Assembly: GCF_009834535.1 (NCBI RefSeq)
Contig: NC_045697.1
Coordinates: forward strand, 115,570,001 to 115,634,000
DNA length: 64,000 bases
Direction of reading: 5' to 3'
Source of the DNA: Camelus ferus
Taxonomy: Eukaryota
Shown: positions 52,155 through 64,000 of the stretch, in pieces
Layout of the letters: every line of letters begins with the position of its first letter
Numbering within the stretch: position 1 is the stretch's first letter
Program-made: the position numbers and the translations under genes
Notes under the pieces: generated by a model
Database searches by the model: none
The model's input: only the letters and a program-made list of their open reading frames with translations
What the model was told of the DNA's origin: nothing

Positions 52155-54330
52155 ACTTGAGGCTTCCATAGAACATGATAGATTAAATGATGTGTTTCTT
52201 TCTGTTCAAAACTGTACTGTTAATACAGTAAAGGAATGAAAGAAACAATCTGCAAAGAGAAAGATGAGAGTCCAAGATATGACAGTGGAAAGGATATATC
52301 AACAAAACTTGAAGGCTCAAAAGTGGATGTGAGTGGTAACAGACAGTTGACTAATCAAAGCTGACTTCTAAATATCTCTGAACACAGTCTTCTAGATGCT
52401 ACTAAGAGCTGGAGGACTGTCTGAAAGTCTTTCTAGGCAGTGGTTAGATGCCCAAGAAACCTTCATCCATCACCGTTTCACCACCATAGTAGAAGACTAG
52501 AGCATCTCTCTCTGAAGAATTTGAAGTGGATGGACTCGACTCTGAGACGAAAGGATGGAGTCAGATTGGATGCTGTACTCAAAAGCATGGGATTAAGTGG
52601 ACATTGACCTACTGAACATTGAAAACCAGAATCTACCTTAACAAATGTACTCCAGTAATGCTGGGAGCTACATTACACCTGTACAGGCAGGAAACTGAGA
52701 GAAAACTCTCTAGGAAAACTGACTTGCCTCAAAGAAAAGATGCACAGATGCTCACATTTGGGTTACTCCCATCAAACTGGCAGACTCCTTACTGCTAAGA
52801 CTATCATAAAGTCCATAGGACTACAAATTACAGATCACCTGCGTAACAGAATTTCCAAAAAGCAGTTTAGTGCTTCGAGCTTAAGGATGAACAGAAAAGA
52901 GGATCACACAGGTTTGAAAAAATGGTGATTCTAAAAAGAAACTGAAGTAAAATAAAGGAACTCAGAGGAAACAGAAACAATCTAGGAAGTGATCGAAAAT
53001 AAGCTAAGATCTTCAAATAAGAGATGATAAGTTGTATATAAGAGAAAGACACTGGGGGAGGAGGGTAGAGCTCAGTGGCAGAGTGCATGCTTAGCATGCA
53101 CAAAGTCCTGGGCTCAATCTCAAGTACCACCATTAAAATAAATAAATAAATAAATAAATCTAATTACCTCCCCCTCCAAAAAAAAAAAAAAAATGACAAA
53201 TAATAAGACATTACCTTAAAAAAAATTTTTTTTAAAAGAGAGAAAGACACTGGTTGCTTTTTATTTCTTTGTTTTAAATGAGAATATTCAAAAACCAGTT
53301 CCTGAGATACACTGATCTCATAAAATAAATACAAATTCAACAGAAGTTATCGAATTTAAAAGTCGAGGAAATTTCCTAGATATTAGAAGCAAAAAAGACA
53401 AAAAGATGAGAAATTGGAGAGAAAAGATTAAAAAAAGAGAGAGAGAGGACATGTTGAAGATGTTCAAATGGGTTAGGTGTTTTAGAAAAGGAAGGAGAAA
53501 CTGGAAGCAGGAAAGAGAAGAGCAAATGGGAGGGGGCATTATCCAGGAAGTTATAAGATCATTTCCCAGAGCTGAAGACATGAGCAGCCAGGATGGAAAG
53601 GCAGGGACCCACTCAGTGACCACCACGATCAGTGGGAAAAGAGAGAGGACCACGCAAAGGACCAGGAACTAGGACACCATCGAAGGATTTAAAGCACACT
53701 GCAACCAGAAGACAGTGGAGCAAAGCCTTTACAATTCTACCAGCACTCAAGTGTGAAGGTTGAAAAAAGGCATCTTCAGACCACAAGGATCTCACAGGTA
53801 AACTTCCCTTTCACTCACAAAATCAGTGAGTAAACCAAGAAAAAGCAGTCAAGCTTCACAACGTGCAGAAGAAAGGTAAGAATCCCAACGAACGTGATGG
53901 ATGGAGATCCCGGGGCACAGCTTTGGAGCCGGCTGAACAGAGAGCAGTCCAGGTGTGTGAACATAAAGGATCTAAAGGAGTTTTCTCCACAAAAGAAAAT
54001 GAATACTTTTCCTGGTTTTTTGAACATATTAAAGCAACATTTGCGGCTTAGTTTGACTTTTTTAGAATTAGTCGTATGCACATAAACAATTTTAAAGAGA
54101 AAAAAATGCCAATAAGAGAAAAACTCCATGGACTGAAAAAAGCTGTAAATTTGTGACTTGGCTTTAAATATTTATAATCACAATAAGGTATATACTAAAT
54201 ACCAACTCAACCCATAACGTGATGTGACTCTTTTTGGAGGATGGAGGCAAAGGAAATATGTGAAAACAAGAGATGAGGAAAAGAGTTATATTTTCATCTC
54301 TCATAGGAGGAAATTGGTAGAAAATATTTG
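52155..54330 (+). mobile_element. Ancient L1ME/HAL1-like 5'UTR and ORF1 remnant
   Basis: ORF1-like ORF 53406-53672 (IIQEVIRSFPRAEDMS..); agaagacagtggagcaaagcctttacaattcta. Confidence 0.6.
53054..53238 (+). mobile_element. tRNA-derived SINE (camelid Vic-1-like)
   Basis: gggtagagctcagtggcagagtgcatgcttagcatgcacaaagtcctgggctcaatc. Perfect 15-bp TSD agagaaagacactgg at 53041-53055 and 53239-53253. Confidence 0.93.
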
Positions 54331-55879
54331 TAATCAAGTGTTTAAAATGTAATTTTTATTTCTTAATTTGGGTTTGGACCCTAAAATAATATGCCATATA
54401 TTCCAAAATAATATTAAAAATATGTTTCCAGCACTCAGTTGAACATCTAACAACAGCCTGCAAGGAACAAGAACAATGCCTGCCACATAGTAGGCATTCA
54501 ATATATAGTTTTTTCCATAAGTAAATTTTGTCAGTTTCAAAGCTGCATGACAATACCACTGCCTGGCCATTCAATCTTCTTCGCTTGAAATGTTAATAAC
54601 AGTGCAAGGAGATGTAAGATCATTTGTGACCGAATCTCTGTAAGTAAACAGGCTAGAAAAGGTAATGAATGCAAGCCTGCATCCCATTCATTGCATCCTT
54701 CTAACATAATGTCAATAACTTAATTTGACTGCAAAGCAGTTTTCTTTCCTTGACATAACTCAGTCCTGTGTGCCACATTCTTACAAAACAGTGTTCAATT
54801 TACATTATGGTTTTTGTGTTTCCATCCCTCTTTCTTTGCTTTCAACCCCTTTGTGCCACTGAAGAATTTGGTAAACAACTCTGCTGAATGGTCAAAAGTT
54901 GGCACTTCAGTTATTATGTTTTAATTCCATTTCATATAGTTTTTAGGCAATAGAGAAGACAGCTTTAATTTCATTCTGTTCTATCAGCTGATAATCAGAT
55001 AACGCTCTGGATGTCTTTGCTGCTCTGCGAAAGAAACTCATATTCCTGAGTGAATAGAACACAAAAATAATCAAAAGTCTGTATTCTGGGTTGTTAACAT
55101 TAATGTTTGAATATTATTTAAACAAAACTGACCACATCAAAATGAATTCAGGATAATCCTGGATATGCCAGCTATCTACCCCTAGAGTTTTATGCAGCTC
55201 TGATCAAATTGTAAAGGAAAAAATCATAACTTGAAGATGTAGTGCATGCATTCTCAGATCATTTCACATGACATTGGCCTTCATTATTCATCAAAGACCT
55301 GAATCTCACTCTTTGAGAAGTTTTTTTTTCAAATGTCATATATCTAGTTTGATTGAAATAAAACCACTCACTCAAAGAAAAGCTGAAAGTAAAGGGTTTT
55401 TTTCCAACAGAAGTATTTATCCATTAAATATAAAGATACCCTTTCTTTCTTTCCTCCCTTCCTCCCTTCTTCGGGTAACTTAGTTCAAAGGCCATTAAAG
55501 ACCTTTCACTTTATTCTTTTCCTTGTCCTTCTCCTTCTCTAGTACTTGTCGGAGCCGCCAAGGGAGTTAGGCTCCCTTGCAAGATGACAGCTAGATTTTG
55601 GGCAGCAGCTCTAAGGCGTCATTTAAATGGATTAATTTCAAAGGTATTGACAAGCAAGCAAATGAAAGTCAGGTTTCTCATTGTCAGAAAAGGGACTCAC
55701 AAATACTCCACGGAGAAAAGCTGGAATGCATACTGTGGACATGGACTGGAACTGGAGGCATGGCGATGAACTTAGGCATTGCTGTGAATTTAAGTGAGAG
55801 AGAAACGCTGGATGTGAATGCATTTATGCAAGTGTCTGCACATATATATGTGCATATACATACACATATACCACATATA

Positions 55880-57685
55880 CACTATTTTTTCCTAGTTCAG
55901 TTAAATTAGCCACGGACTGGAAATAGTGAAGTCAGTATCAATAATCACACTTAACATATTATTTCTTGGTTTCTAAATACCTTCCTCCACTAATAGAAAC
56001 CAGGCTCATTAGAGAAATGGCTTAATCAGGGACCGGGGCAGGAAAAACACAAATAAGCTTGGAAAACATTGCTGTGATGGAAAATAAGGGAGTTGTCCAA
56101 GAATGATGGGGAAAACATCAAAAATTACACTGAAACCAGGTTAAAGTTGTGCCACTGGTCAGATCTGCAGAAATTTGAGCATCAAAACAGAGTGGCAGTG
56201 TTGTTGGTATTTTATGTAAAGAATGATGGAATTAGAAAACCACCATTTTGGAAAAATCTTTGAAAAAAAACAGTAACAACTGTTTCAGGCAGGAATCCTC
56301 AATGGATGCTAAAACTACTGGGCAAAGGTTTGACGAGGAAAGCTAAATTCACATATTCTCACAGTGTCTTCCCACAAAATGCAAAGTAGTTATTCATTTC
56401 AAAGGAAAAATAGTAACTTTACCTGGAAGACATCATTTTAATCAAGTGACCAGATAAGGATACAGTGCAGCTCGAACATTCACACATTGCAAAATGGTCA
56501 CTTTGGAAAGCAGGAACAGTTTCTTGTAAAGGTAAACACACCAAACCATGCGACCCAGAAATCCTGCCTCCCTCCAAAGGAGAGAAAATGTCTTTTCACA
56601 CAAACACCTGTACATAGATGCTTTTAGCAGCTTTATCCATAATCACAAAACATTGGAAAGAGCCCAAATGATCTTCAACCACTGAACAGATAAACTGTAG
56701 TACGGCCACACAGAGGAATACTATTCAGCAATAAAACTTAAAAAAAAAGAAAAACTTACTGCTACATGCAACAATATGGGTAAATCTCAAATGCTTTTTT
56801 GCTAACTGAAAAAAGTCAAATCAAAAGACGACATAAATGGACCTGGAGAATGTCATTCTAAGTGAAGTAAGTCAGAAAGAGAAAGAAAAATATCATATGA
56901 TATCACTAATATGTGGAATCTTAAAAAAAAAAAAAAGACAAAATAACTTATTTACAAAACAGAACCAGATTCACAGACATAGAAAATAAACTTATGGTTA
57001 CCAGCGGGGGAAAGGGGTGGGAAGAGATAAATTGGGAGTTCAAGATTTGCAGATACTAATATATATAAAATAGATAAACAAGTTTCTACTGTATAGCACA
57101 GGGAACTACATTCAATATCTTCTAGTAACTTACGGTGAAAAAGAATATGAAAACAAATATACATATGTTTCTATACGACTGCTGTACACCAGAAATTAAC
57201 ACATTGTAAACTGACTATACTTCAATAAAATATATTTTTAAACAAGACTACAAACTTGGCTAGGAGTTCAAGGTGGGGGAAGGGGTTGACTACAAAGAAG
57301 AGGCATAAAGAAATTTTTTGATTTGATGGCACTGACCTGTAGCATGACTTTGGTTGTAGATACATGACTCTGAACATTTGTCAAAATTAATATAAAAGTG
57401 TACTCAACAACAAGAAGTGATCAGAGTTAAAATTGCCAGTAATAAGTATAAGAACATTGATACTGTAATCGCCTATCAGATAAATATAGTGATAAGAACA
57501 TCTCATCACCCAGGTGATGTTCCTGACAGATTCATAGACAAGTAGGAAGGTAGGTACCTGGAAAACCTAATAAAACAAGCGTGGTGAAATGTCATCAGTT
57601 GTGGAAACTGGGTTATGAGTATTTTCCCTTTGTACTAATCTTTCCAACTTTCCCCTAAGTTCGAAATTATTTTAAAATAAAAAGT
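55880..57685 (+). mobile_element. Old L1MC/MD-like 3' fragments
   Basis: ttcttggtttctaaataccttcctccactaatagaaaccaggctc...agagaaatggct; cacacaaacacctgtacatagatg...gcagctttatccataat. Confidence 0.7.
56836..57240 (+). mobile_element. Younger L1 3' end nested in the older L1
   Basis: atggacctggagaatgtcattctaagtgaagtaagtcagaaagagaaagaaaaata...cttcaataaaa. Flanks aagacgaca / aagactaca. Confidence 0.88.
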
Positions 57686-58186
57686 AGTATATGTATATAT
57701 GCATGTGTGTGTGTATCTGAAATTTCCCTGTGGAAAATCACAGAATAGTTTCATAAGGAAATCAGCTAATGACAGTTGCTTGGCAATATTGTGTTGCTGA
57801 GCACAATACCACTTTTGTCATTATTTCATTGTGTTTTCTAGAGAAAGTAGCTAGGTTTATGGGAGCTTAGCAACAAATGGGATTTTAGGTGGATTTTATG
57901 GCCAAACAGAGGAAATTAATAAAATGCTTCCGGTCAGCAGGCCTACTGCGATGATATCCGTGCTCTGACATTCTTTTTCTCACTGCTGTAACATACCCTG
58001 ACTTGACGTGGATCACAGATGTAGTTGCGCTGGGCATTGTATTTTGTGTTTAGGGTCTTCTCAGAAGTCAGGAGTTCAGGCACCTTAGACAGTATAGATA
58101 GACCTTTCTTTTTATATCCCTGCTGATCATTTGAAAAACACAACTGAACAAACCCTTCACCTGCCCCTGTCTTTTCCAAATTTTTT

Positions 58187-60700
58187 TTAACATTTTTTAT
58201 TGATTTATAATCATTTTACAATGTTGTGTCAAACTCCAGTGTTCAGCACAATTTTTCAGTCATTCATCAACATATACACACGCATTGTCACATTTTTTTC
58301 TCTGTGAGTTATCATAATATTTTGTGTATATTTCCCTGTGCTATACAGTGTAATCTTGTTTATCTATTCTACAATTTTGAAATCCCAGTCTATCCCTTCC
58401 CACCCTCCACCCCTCTGGTAACTACAAGTCTGTATTCTCTGTCTGTGAGTCTATTTCTGTCCTGTATTTACGCTTTGTTTTGGTTTGTTTGCTTTTGTTT
58501 TTGTTTTTTAGATTCCACATATGAGCGATCTCATATGGTATTTTTCTTTCTCTTTCTGGCTTACTTCACTTAGAATGACATTCTCCAGGAACATCCATGT
58601 TGCTGCAAATGGCATTATGTTGTCGGTTTTTCTGGCTGAGTAGTATTCCATTGTATAAATATACCACCTCTTCTTTATCCAGTCACCTGTTGATGGACAT
58701 TTAGGCTGATTCCATGTTTTGGCTATTGTAAATAGTGCTGCTATGAACATTGGGGTGCAGGTGTCATCCTGAAGTAGATTTCCTTCTGGATACAAGCCCA
58801 GGAGTGGGATTCCTGGGTCATATGGTAAGTCTATTCCTAGTCTTTTGAGGAATCTCCACACTGTTTTCCATAGTGGCTGCACCAAACTGCATTCCCACCA
58901 GCAGTGTAGGAGGGTTCACTTTTCTCCACAGCCTCTTCAGCATTTGTCATTTGTGGATTTTTGAATGATGGCCATTCTGACTGGTGTGAGGTGATACTTC
59001 ATTGTACTTTTGATTTGCATTTCTCTGATAATTAGTGATATTGAGCATTTTTTCATGTGCCTTTTGATCATTTGTATGTCTTCCTTGGAGAATTGCTTGT
59101 TTAGGTCTTCTGCCCATTTTTGGATTGGGTTGTTTATTTTTTTCTTATTGAGTCGTATGAGCTGCTTATATATTCTGGAGATCAAGCCTTTGTCGGTTTC
59201 ACTTGCAAAAATGTTCTCCCATTCCGTAGGTTTTCTTCTTGTTTTACTTCTGGTTTCCTTTGCTGTGCAGAAGCTTGTAAGTTTCATTAGGTCCCATTTG
59301 TTTATTCTTGCTTTTATTTCTTCTAGGAGAAAATTTTTGAAATGTATGTCAGATAATGTTTTGCCTATGTTTTCCTCTAGGAGGTTTATTGTATCTTGTC
59401 TTATGTTTAAGTCTTTAATCCATTTTGAGTTGATTTTTGTATATGGTGTAAGGGAGTGTTCTAGCTTCATTGTTTTACATGCTGCTGTCCAGTTTTCCCA
59501 ACACCATTTGCTGAAGAGACTGTCTTTATTCCAATGTATATTCTTGCCTCCTTTGTCAAAGATGAGTTGACCAAAAGTTTGCGGGTTCATTTCTGGGCTC
59601 TCTATTCTGTTCCATTGGTCTATATGTCTGTTTTGGTACCAATACCATGCTGTCTTGATGACTGTAGCTCTATAGTATTGTCTGAAGTCTGGGAGAGTTA
59701 TTCCTCCAGCCTCTTTCTTTCTCTTCAGTAATGCTTTGGCAATTCTAGGTCTTTGATGGTTCCATATAAATTTTATTATGATTTGCTCTAGTTCTGTGAA
59801 ATATGTCCTGGGTAATTGGATAGGGATTGCATTAAATCTGTAGATTGCCTTGGGCAGTGTGACCATTTTACAATATTGATTCTTCCAATCCAAGAGCATG
59901 GAATATCTTTCCATTTTTTAAAGTCTTCTTTAATTTCCTTCATCAATGGTTTATAGTTTTCTGTGTATAATTCTTTCACCTCCTTGGTTAGATTTATTCC
60001 CAGATATTTTATTACTTTGGGTGCTGTTTTAAAGGGGATTGTTTCTTTACTTTCTTCTTCTGTTGATTTATCGTTAGTGTAAAGAAATGCAACTGATTTT
60101 TGAACGTTAATTTTGTAACCTGCTACCTTGCTGAATTCTTCAATCAGCTCTAGTAGTTTTTGTGTGGACCTTTTAGGGTTTTCTATATATAGTAGCATGT
60201 CATCAGCATATAATGACACTTTTACCTCTTCTTTTCCAATTTGGATCCCTTTTATTTCTTTCTGTTGCCTGACTGCTGTGGCTAGGACTTCCAGGACTAT
60301 GTTGAATAGGAGTGGTGATAGTGGGCATCCTTGTCTTGTCCCAGATTTTAGTGGGAAGCTTTTGAGTTTTTCACCATTGAGTACTATGCTGGCTGTAGGT
60401 CTGTCATATATAGCTTTTATTATGTTGAGATATGTTCCCTCTATACCCACTTTGGCGAGAGTTTTTATCATAAATGGGTGTTGAATTTTATCAAATGCTT
60501 TTTCTGCATCGATTGAGATGATCATGTGGTTTTTGTCCTTTCTCTTGTTGATGTGATGTATTACATTGATTGATTTGCGTATGTTGAACCAGCCTTGTGT
60601 CCCTGGGATGAACCCCACTTGGTCATGATGTATAATCTTTTTTATGTGTTGTTGGATTCTATTTGCTAAAATTTTGGTGAGGATTTTGGCTTCTATGTTC
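58187..60700 (-). mobile_element. Young 5'-truncated LINE-1 (RT, C-terminal region of ORF2, 3'UTR)
   Basis: Perfect 12-bp TSD tccaaatttttt (58175-58186 and 60701-60712). AATAAA and a short A-tail at the left end. Truncated at NIEAKIL. Confidence 0.97.
58508..60700 (-). pseudogene. L1 ORF2 (reverse transcriptase to C-terminus), disrupted
   Basis: [38 protein letters not shown] motifs. Split over three ORFs by a frameshift near 59870 and by a TGA (KC*RGCG) plus a frameshift near 58937-58915. Confidence 0.95.
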
Positions 60701-62958
60701 TCCAAATTTTTTCAATAGAAGAACCACAGTGTACTATACAAGGTTTCCCTTTTTATATATTAAAAAACAGTAATGAAATATAGAGATGAGTATTTAATAC
60801 ACACAAGTCTCTTACTGTGTGAGCATTATATGATAATTATAAAATGGTGTTCTGAGACAGCCTTTCACCATTTATCAACTCACAAAAAATTATCGTAGTC
60901 AGTCTTAAGAAGTCATCTACTATGAGTACCTGGTCGATTATTGTTGTATAATTATATAATAGAATTCCTTGCAGCTGCTAAAATCATGTTTTAGAAGGTA
61001 GATTAGTGATCTTAAGAAAGTTCTCTACATATTACATGAAAAAAGCAAAGGCAAACCAGAGAAATATGTTCAGTACGATCCCACAAGTGTACAAATACAT
61101 AAATAAAACTCTGAAACTTGTTTTGGTTGCGTGACGGAATTATGGGGAATTCTTATTTTTTCATTTGCAACTTTTGTGCTTTCTGAATGTGCTGTTATGA
61201 ATTTGTCCTGCTGTCAGACTCAGGGGAGTATGTGAGTTTCATTTTGCAAATGAAACATATATTTTAATGTTTTTCTTTTGTGTGAGACCAGGTCTCATCA
61301 CATTTCTTGGAAGCCTTTTACAGGCTGAAAGGAAATGGAGGTTGTATTTACTCTCAGAAGTAAAATCGACTCATTTTAACTCCTATATTTGTATCAGGTT
61401 GGCTTGAATGCCAGCAGAGATTAATGGTTGATTCTTTATCTATGGTTTTGCAGGACTGCATCATTTTAGAAGCAAAGAGCTGTGTGAGGCAGCCTTCTAT
61501 TTTATGCCCCTACTCTATCAAAAACATTTAACTTGTCTTTTTAAAAAGCCTTCTGATTATGTCTTTCATTTTTTTTCTTTTTTCAGTTTTATTAGGTAGA
61601 ATGATTACATTTTGACTGCACATATACATTATATTGCATGTGAATACATATATGCAATATACTACACACATTTTTTTAGTTTACATATATGTACTGATCA
61701 TTGTTTCAAAGAACAGATGAAACTTGCATAGTTATCAAAGGACTAAAGCCAACCACAAAATAAGAATCAACCAAATGCATTAATCCAATTATAAAGGATG
61801 TCTTTCTTCACAAATATTCTTCATCAAAAATTAGTTTCCTCTGCCCATTTACCAATTTCTATTTGACCTTAGATTCAAAAGAAAGACCTTTGATTAAAAT
61901 GACTTGTCTATAAATCTCTCATTTAAATACCTGAATCAAGGGGAGACACAGCAGTCCTTGGATTTTAAGTTACTATTTCAGTATCCCCAAATCTGTCTTA
62001 AATATGGAATATCACCTCTAAACATTTAAAAAGTAGTTGTTATTTGAAGTTATATGATAAATTAATAAATTAAAATCGGGACAATAATCATAGACACAAA
62101 TGAAATTGCACTGATTCCATAATATAAAATATAATCATCGTATCTTGAATCTTTCATGTATATAATAAGTTCTTATTGAATGGCTACTTTGTGCATTCTA
62201 TTCTCCTCCATGGAAATATTCAGGAAAATTGAATTTCTTCTCTTTGGCTGGTTATAATAGGTGAAAGCCAAAAGAGTGAAATGATTGCTTTTCAATTACA
62301 AGGAAATAAATCTTTCCTTTAAAGTAAAGATAAACATTAAGTAACAACAATGCAATTGTACTCAGTTTTCTCATAGGCAATGCTAATCATTTTTCAGGGT
62401 CGATCTGCATTCCTCCAGAGTCACAAGGTTCTGCAGATTATTCCCGAAGGTAATCTTGATGGGGAACTGATAAAACGAAAAGAAAAATTATTTTATGTGC
62501 TCATTACACTGATAGTGGTTTCTAGACTCACTCCAAATGTAATCACATTTTCATAGCCTCCTAAGTCCTGGAAGCAATCTAGGGTCTACAAGCCAAATAG
62601 ATGAAGTTACTGAGTTGTGTCTTGGACCAATAAATAGAAAAAGAAAGAAAGGAAGAAATGTTAGTATGTCACCATGTGAACCTATTCCTATGAGAGGAGA
62701 GTCTGAATTAACTGTAAAATGACCTTGGCAACACAGCCATTTCCTTCCTGGAACATAATGTAATGATGACACTTCCATGTCATTACCTTAATGTTGCTTT
62801 GTCATTATTACAGAGACTCGAGCATTTTTTTAATCATCAGTAGGAGATGGGGTTAAATGTAGGAGGAAAAAAAGACTAGCCAATTTCCAAGGAAAAAATT
62901 TTCCATTCAAGGAAAGCAAATGTTTGCAAGAGCTCTGGTAGTAATGCAAGAGGTTTCA

Positions 62959-62977
62959 TTGCCCCACCTAGTGGTCA
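62959..62977 (-). promoter_or_regulatory. Candidate CTCF site
   Basis: Minus strand TGACCACTAGGTGGGGCAA, close to the core consensus CCASYAGRKGGCRS. Confidence 0.5.
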
Positions 62978-63146
62978 GGAACTAATTTACTGCACAAATC
63001 ACCTATGCCAGTGGTTCTCCTTCCAAGATGTATGTGATTCAACAATCATGTAGTATCACTGTGTTCCCAAATAGTAGAATACAAGATAAGCATGCCATGT
63101 TAAGCGGAAGTTGAATGTTAAGAAAGTACGTGTTAGTTTAGTAATT

Positions 63147-63290
63147 CTTTTTTCTTTTTAATTGAAGTACCATCAGTTACAATATGTCAATTTCTGGTGC
63201 ACGGCATACTGTCCCAGTCATGCATATACATACATATCATTGTTTTCATATTCTTTTTCATCAAAAGTTATTGCAAGATATTGCATATAT
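63147..63290 (-). mobile_element. Short L1 3'UTR insertion
   Basis: ttttaattgaagtac...cagttacaatatgtcaatttctggtg...ttcatattctttttcat...caagatattg, homologous to the other L1 3' ends in the window. Confidence 0.8.
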
Positions 63291-63858
63291 AAACTCATGT
63301 AAGTGTTACTTTGTCTATTTTGGAGTTCACCTGTTGTCTTGCAATTATTTCTAGTATTTACATAAACCTTAAGTGGCACGCAGTAAAAATTTGTTAACAG
63401 AAGCATCTAAATAGTTCTTGAGGTTTCAGACAACATTAGCATTGCCTCAGTTTTATAAGTGAAATAAAATTTCAAAAAATCTTTGTAATAAATTCTGTGT
63501 CTTGATCAAATTGGATTATTTATGGTTATAATCTTCCTAGAATTGTGTGATACACATAAAATAAACAGAAGGTATCTCTAAGTTTAACCCGTACATATCC
63601 ATCCTTACCACAGCCCAAAGATTCAAGGATTCCAATTTTTAATTTACTCATATACCAACTTTCAACCATGAAAATATTCTTCAAAAATGTATATCATCAG
63701 AAAAGATTGGGAAAAAAAAAAGCATTATATTACAGGAAGGAGAAACACCAGTGAGTACACAAAGTTACTGAGTTTCTACTTGGGCAACAATGTGGACTGA
63801 AGCATCTAGAGACGGAAAAGTAGGTCCATCAAGCAGCACACGTCCTTCGAGGGGTTAT

Positions 63859-63966
63859 CAGGTACCGTGTCACTGATACAGCATCATGCAGTGCAGGAAG
63901 CAGAAGGGATGCAGGTACCGTGTCACTGATACAGCATCATGCAGTGTAGGAAGCAGAAGGGATGCA
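63859..63966. repeat. 53-bp tandem duplication (2 copies, 1 mismatch)
   Basis: caggtaccgtgtcactgatacagcatcatgcagtg(c/t)aggaagcagaagggatg at 63859-63911 and 63912-63964. Confidence 0.97.
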
Positions 63967-64000
63967 CAACATACTAACCAGCTGTGAGGCTTCCACTGCT

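Noticed and set aside
59010..60484. Plus-strand ORFs of 186 aa and 118 aa
   Set aside because: Antisense shadows of L1 ORF2, not independent genes.

Overview
AT-rich, repeat-dense mammalian genomic DNA, very probably camelid (alpaca, llama or camel). The evidence is four copies of a tRNA-derived SINE with the head GGGGAGGGTA(T/G)AGCTCAGTGGTAGAG...GTCCTGGGTTCAATCCCC, which I recognise as the camelid Vic-1 type. I cannot recognise any host protein-coding gene, RNA gene or prokaryote-style system. The only long ORFs are pieces of L1 ORF2 in a young, 5'-truncated L1 with a perfect 12-bp TSD (58187-60700). The rest is old L1, L2, MIR, MaLR/ERVL LTRs, hAT MITEs and a decayed class III ERV interior. 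Structure not explained by ordinary repeats: (1) an old ~400-bp inverted duplication at 19.0-20.4 kb; (2) an old ~265-bp direct duplication (7.2 and 10.0 kb) carrying exon-like signals; (3) an env-like CxxC remnant behind an ERV-L-type pol; (4) a MER41-like LTR with a GAS motif that seems to lack U5 and end in an A-tail; (5) a promoter-like motif cluster at 21.5-22.4 kb; (6) several candidate orphan exons. Repeat subfamily names come from recognition by eye and need RepeatMasker/Dfam confirmation; boundaries of old repeats are approximate. I see no convincing evidence of a new biological system.
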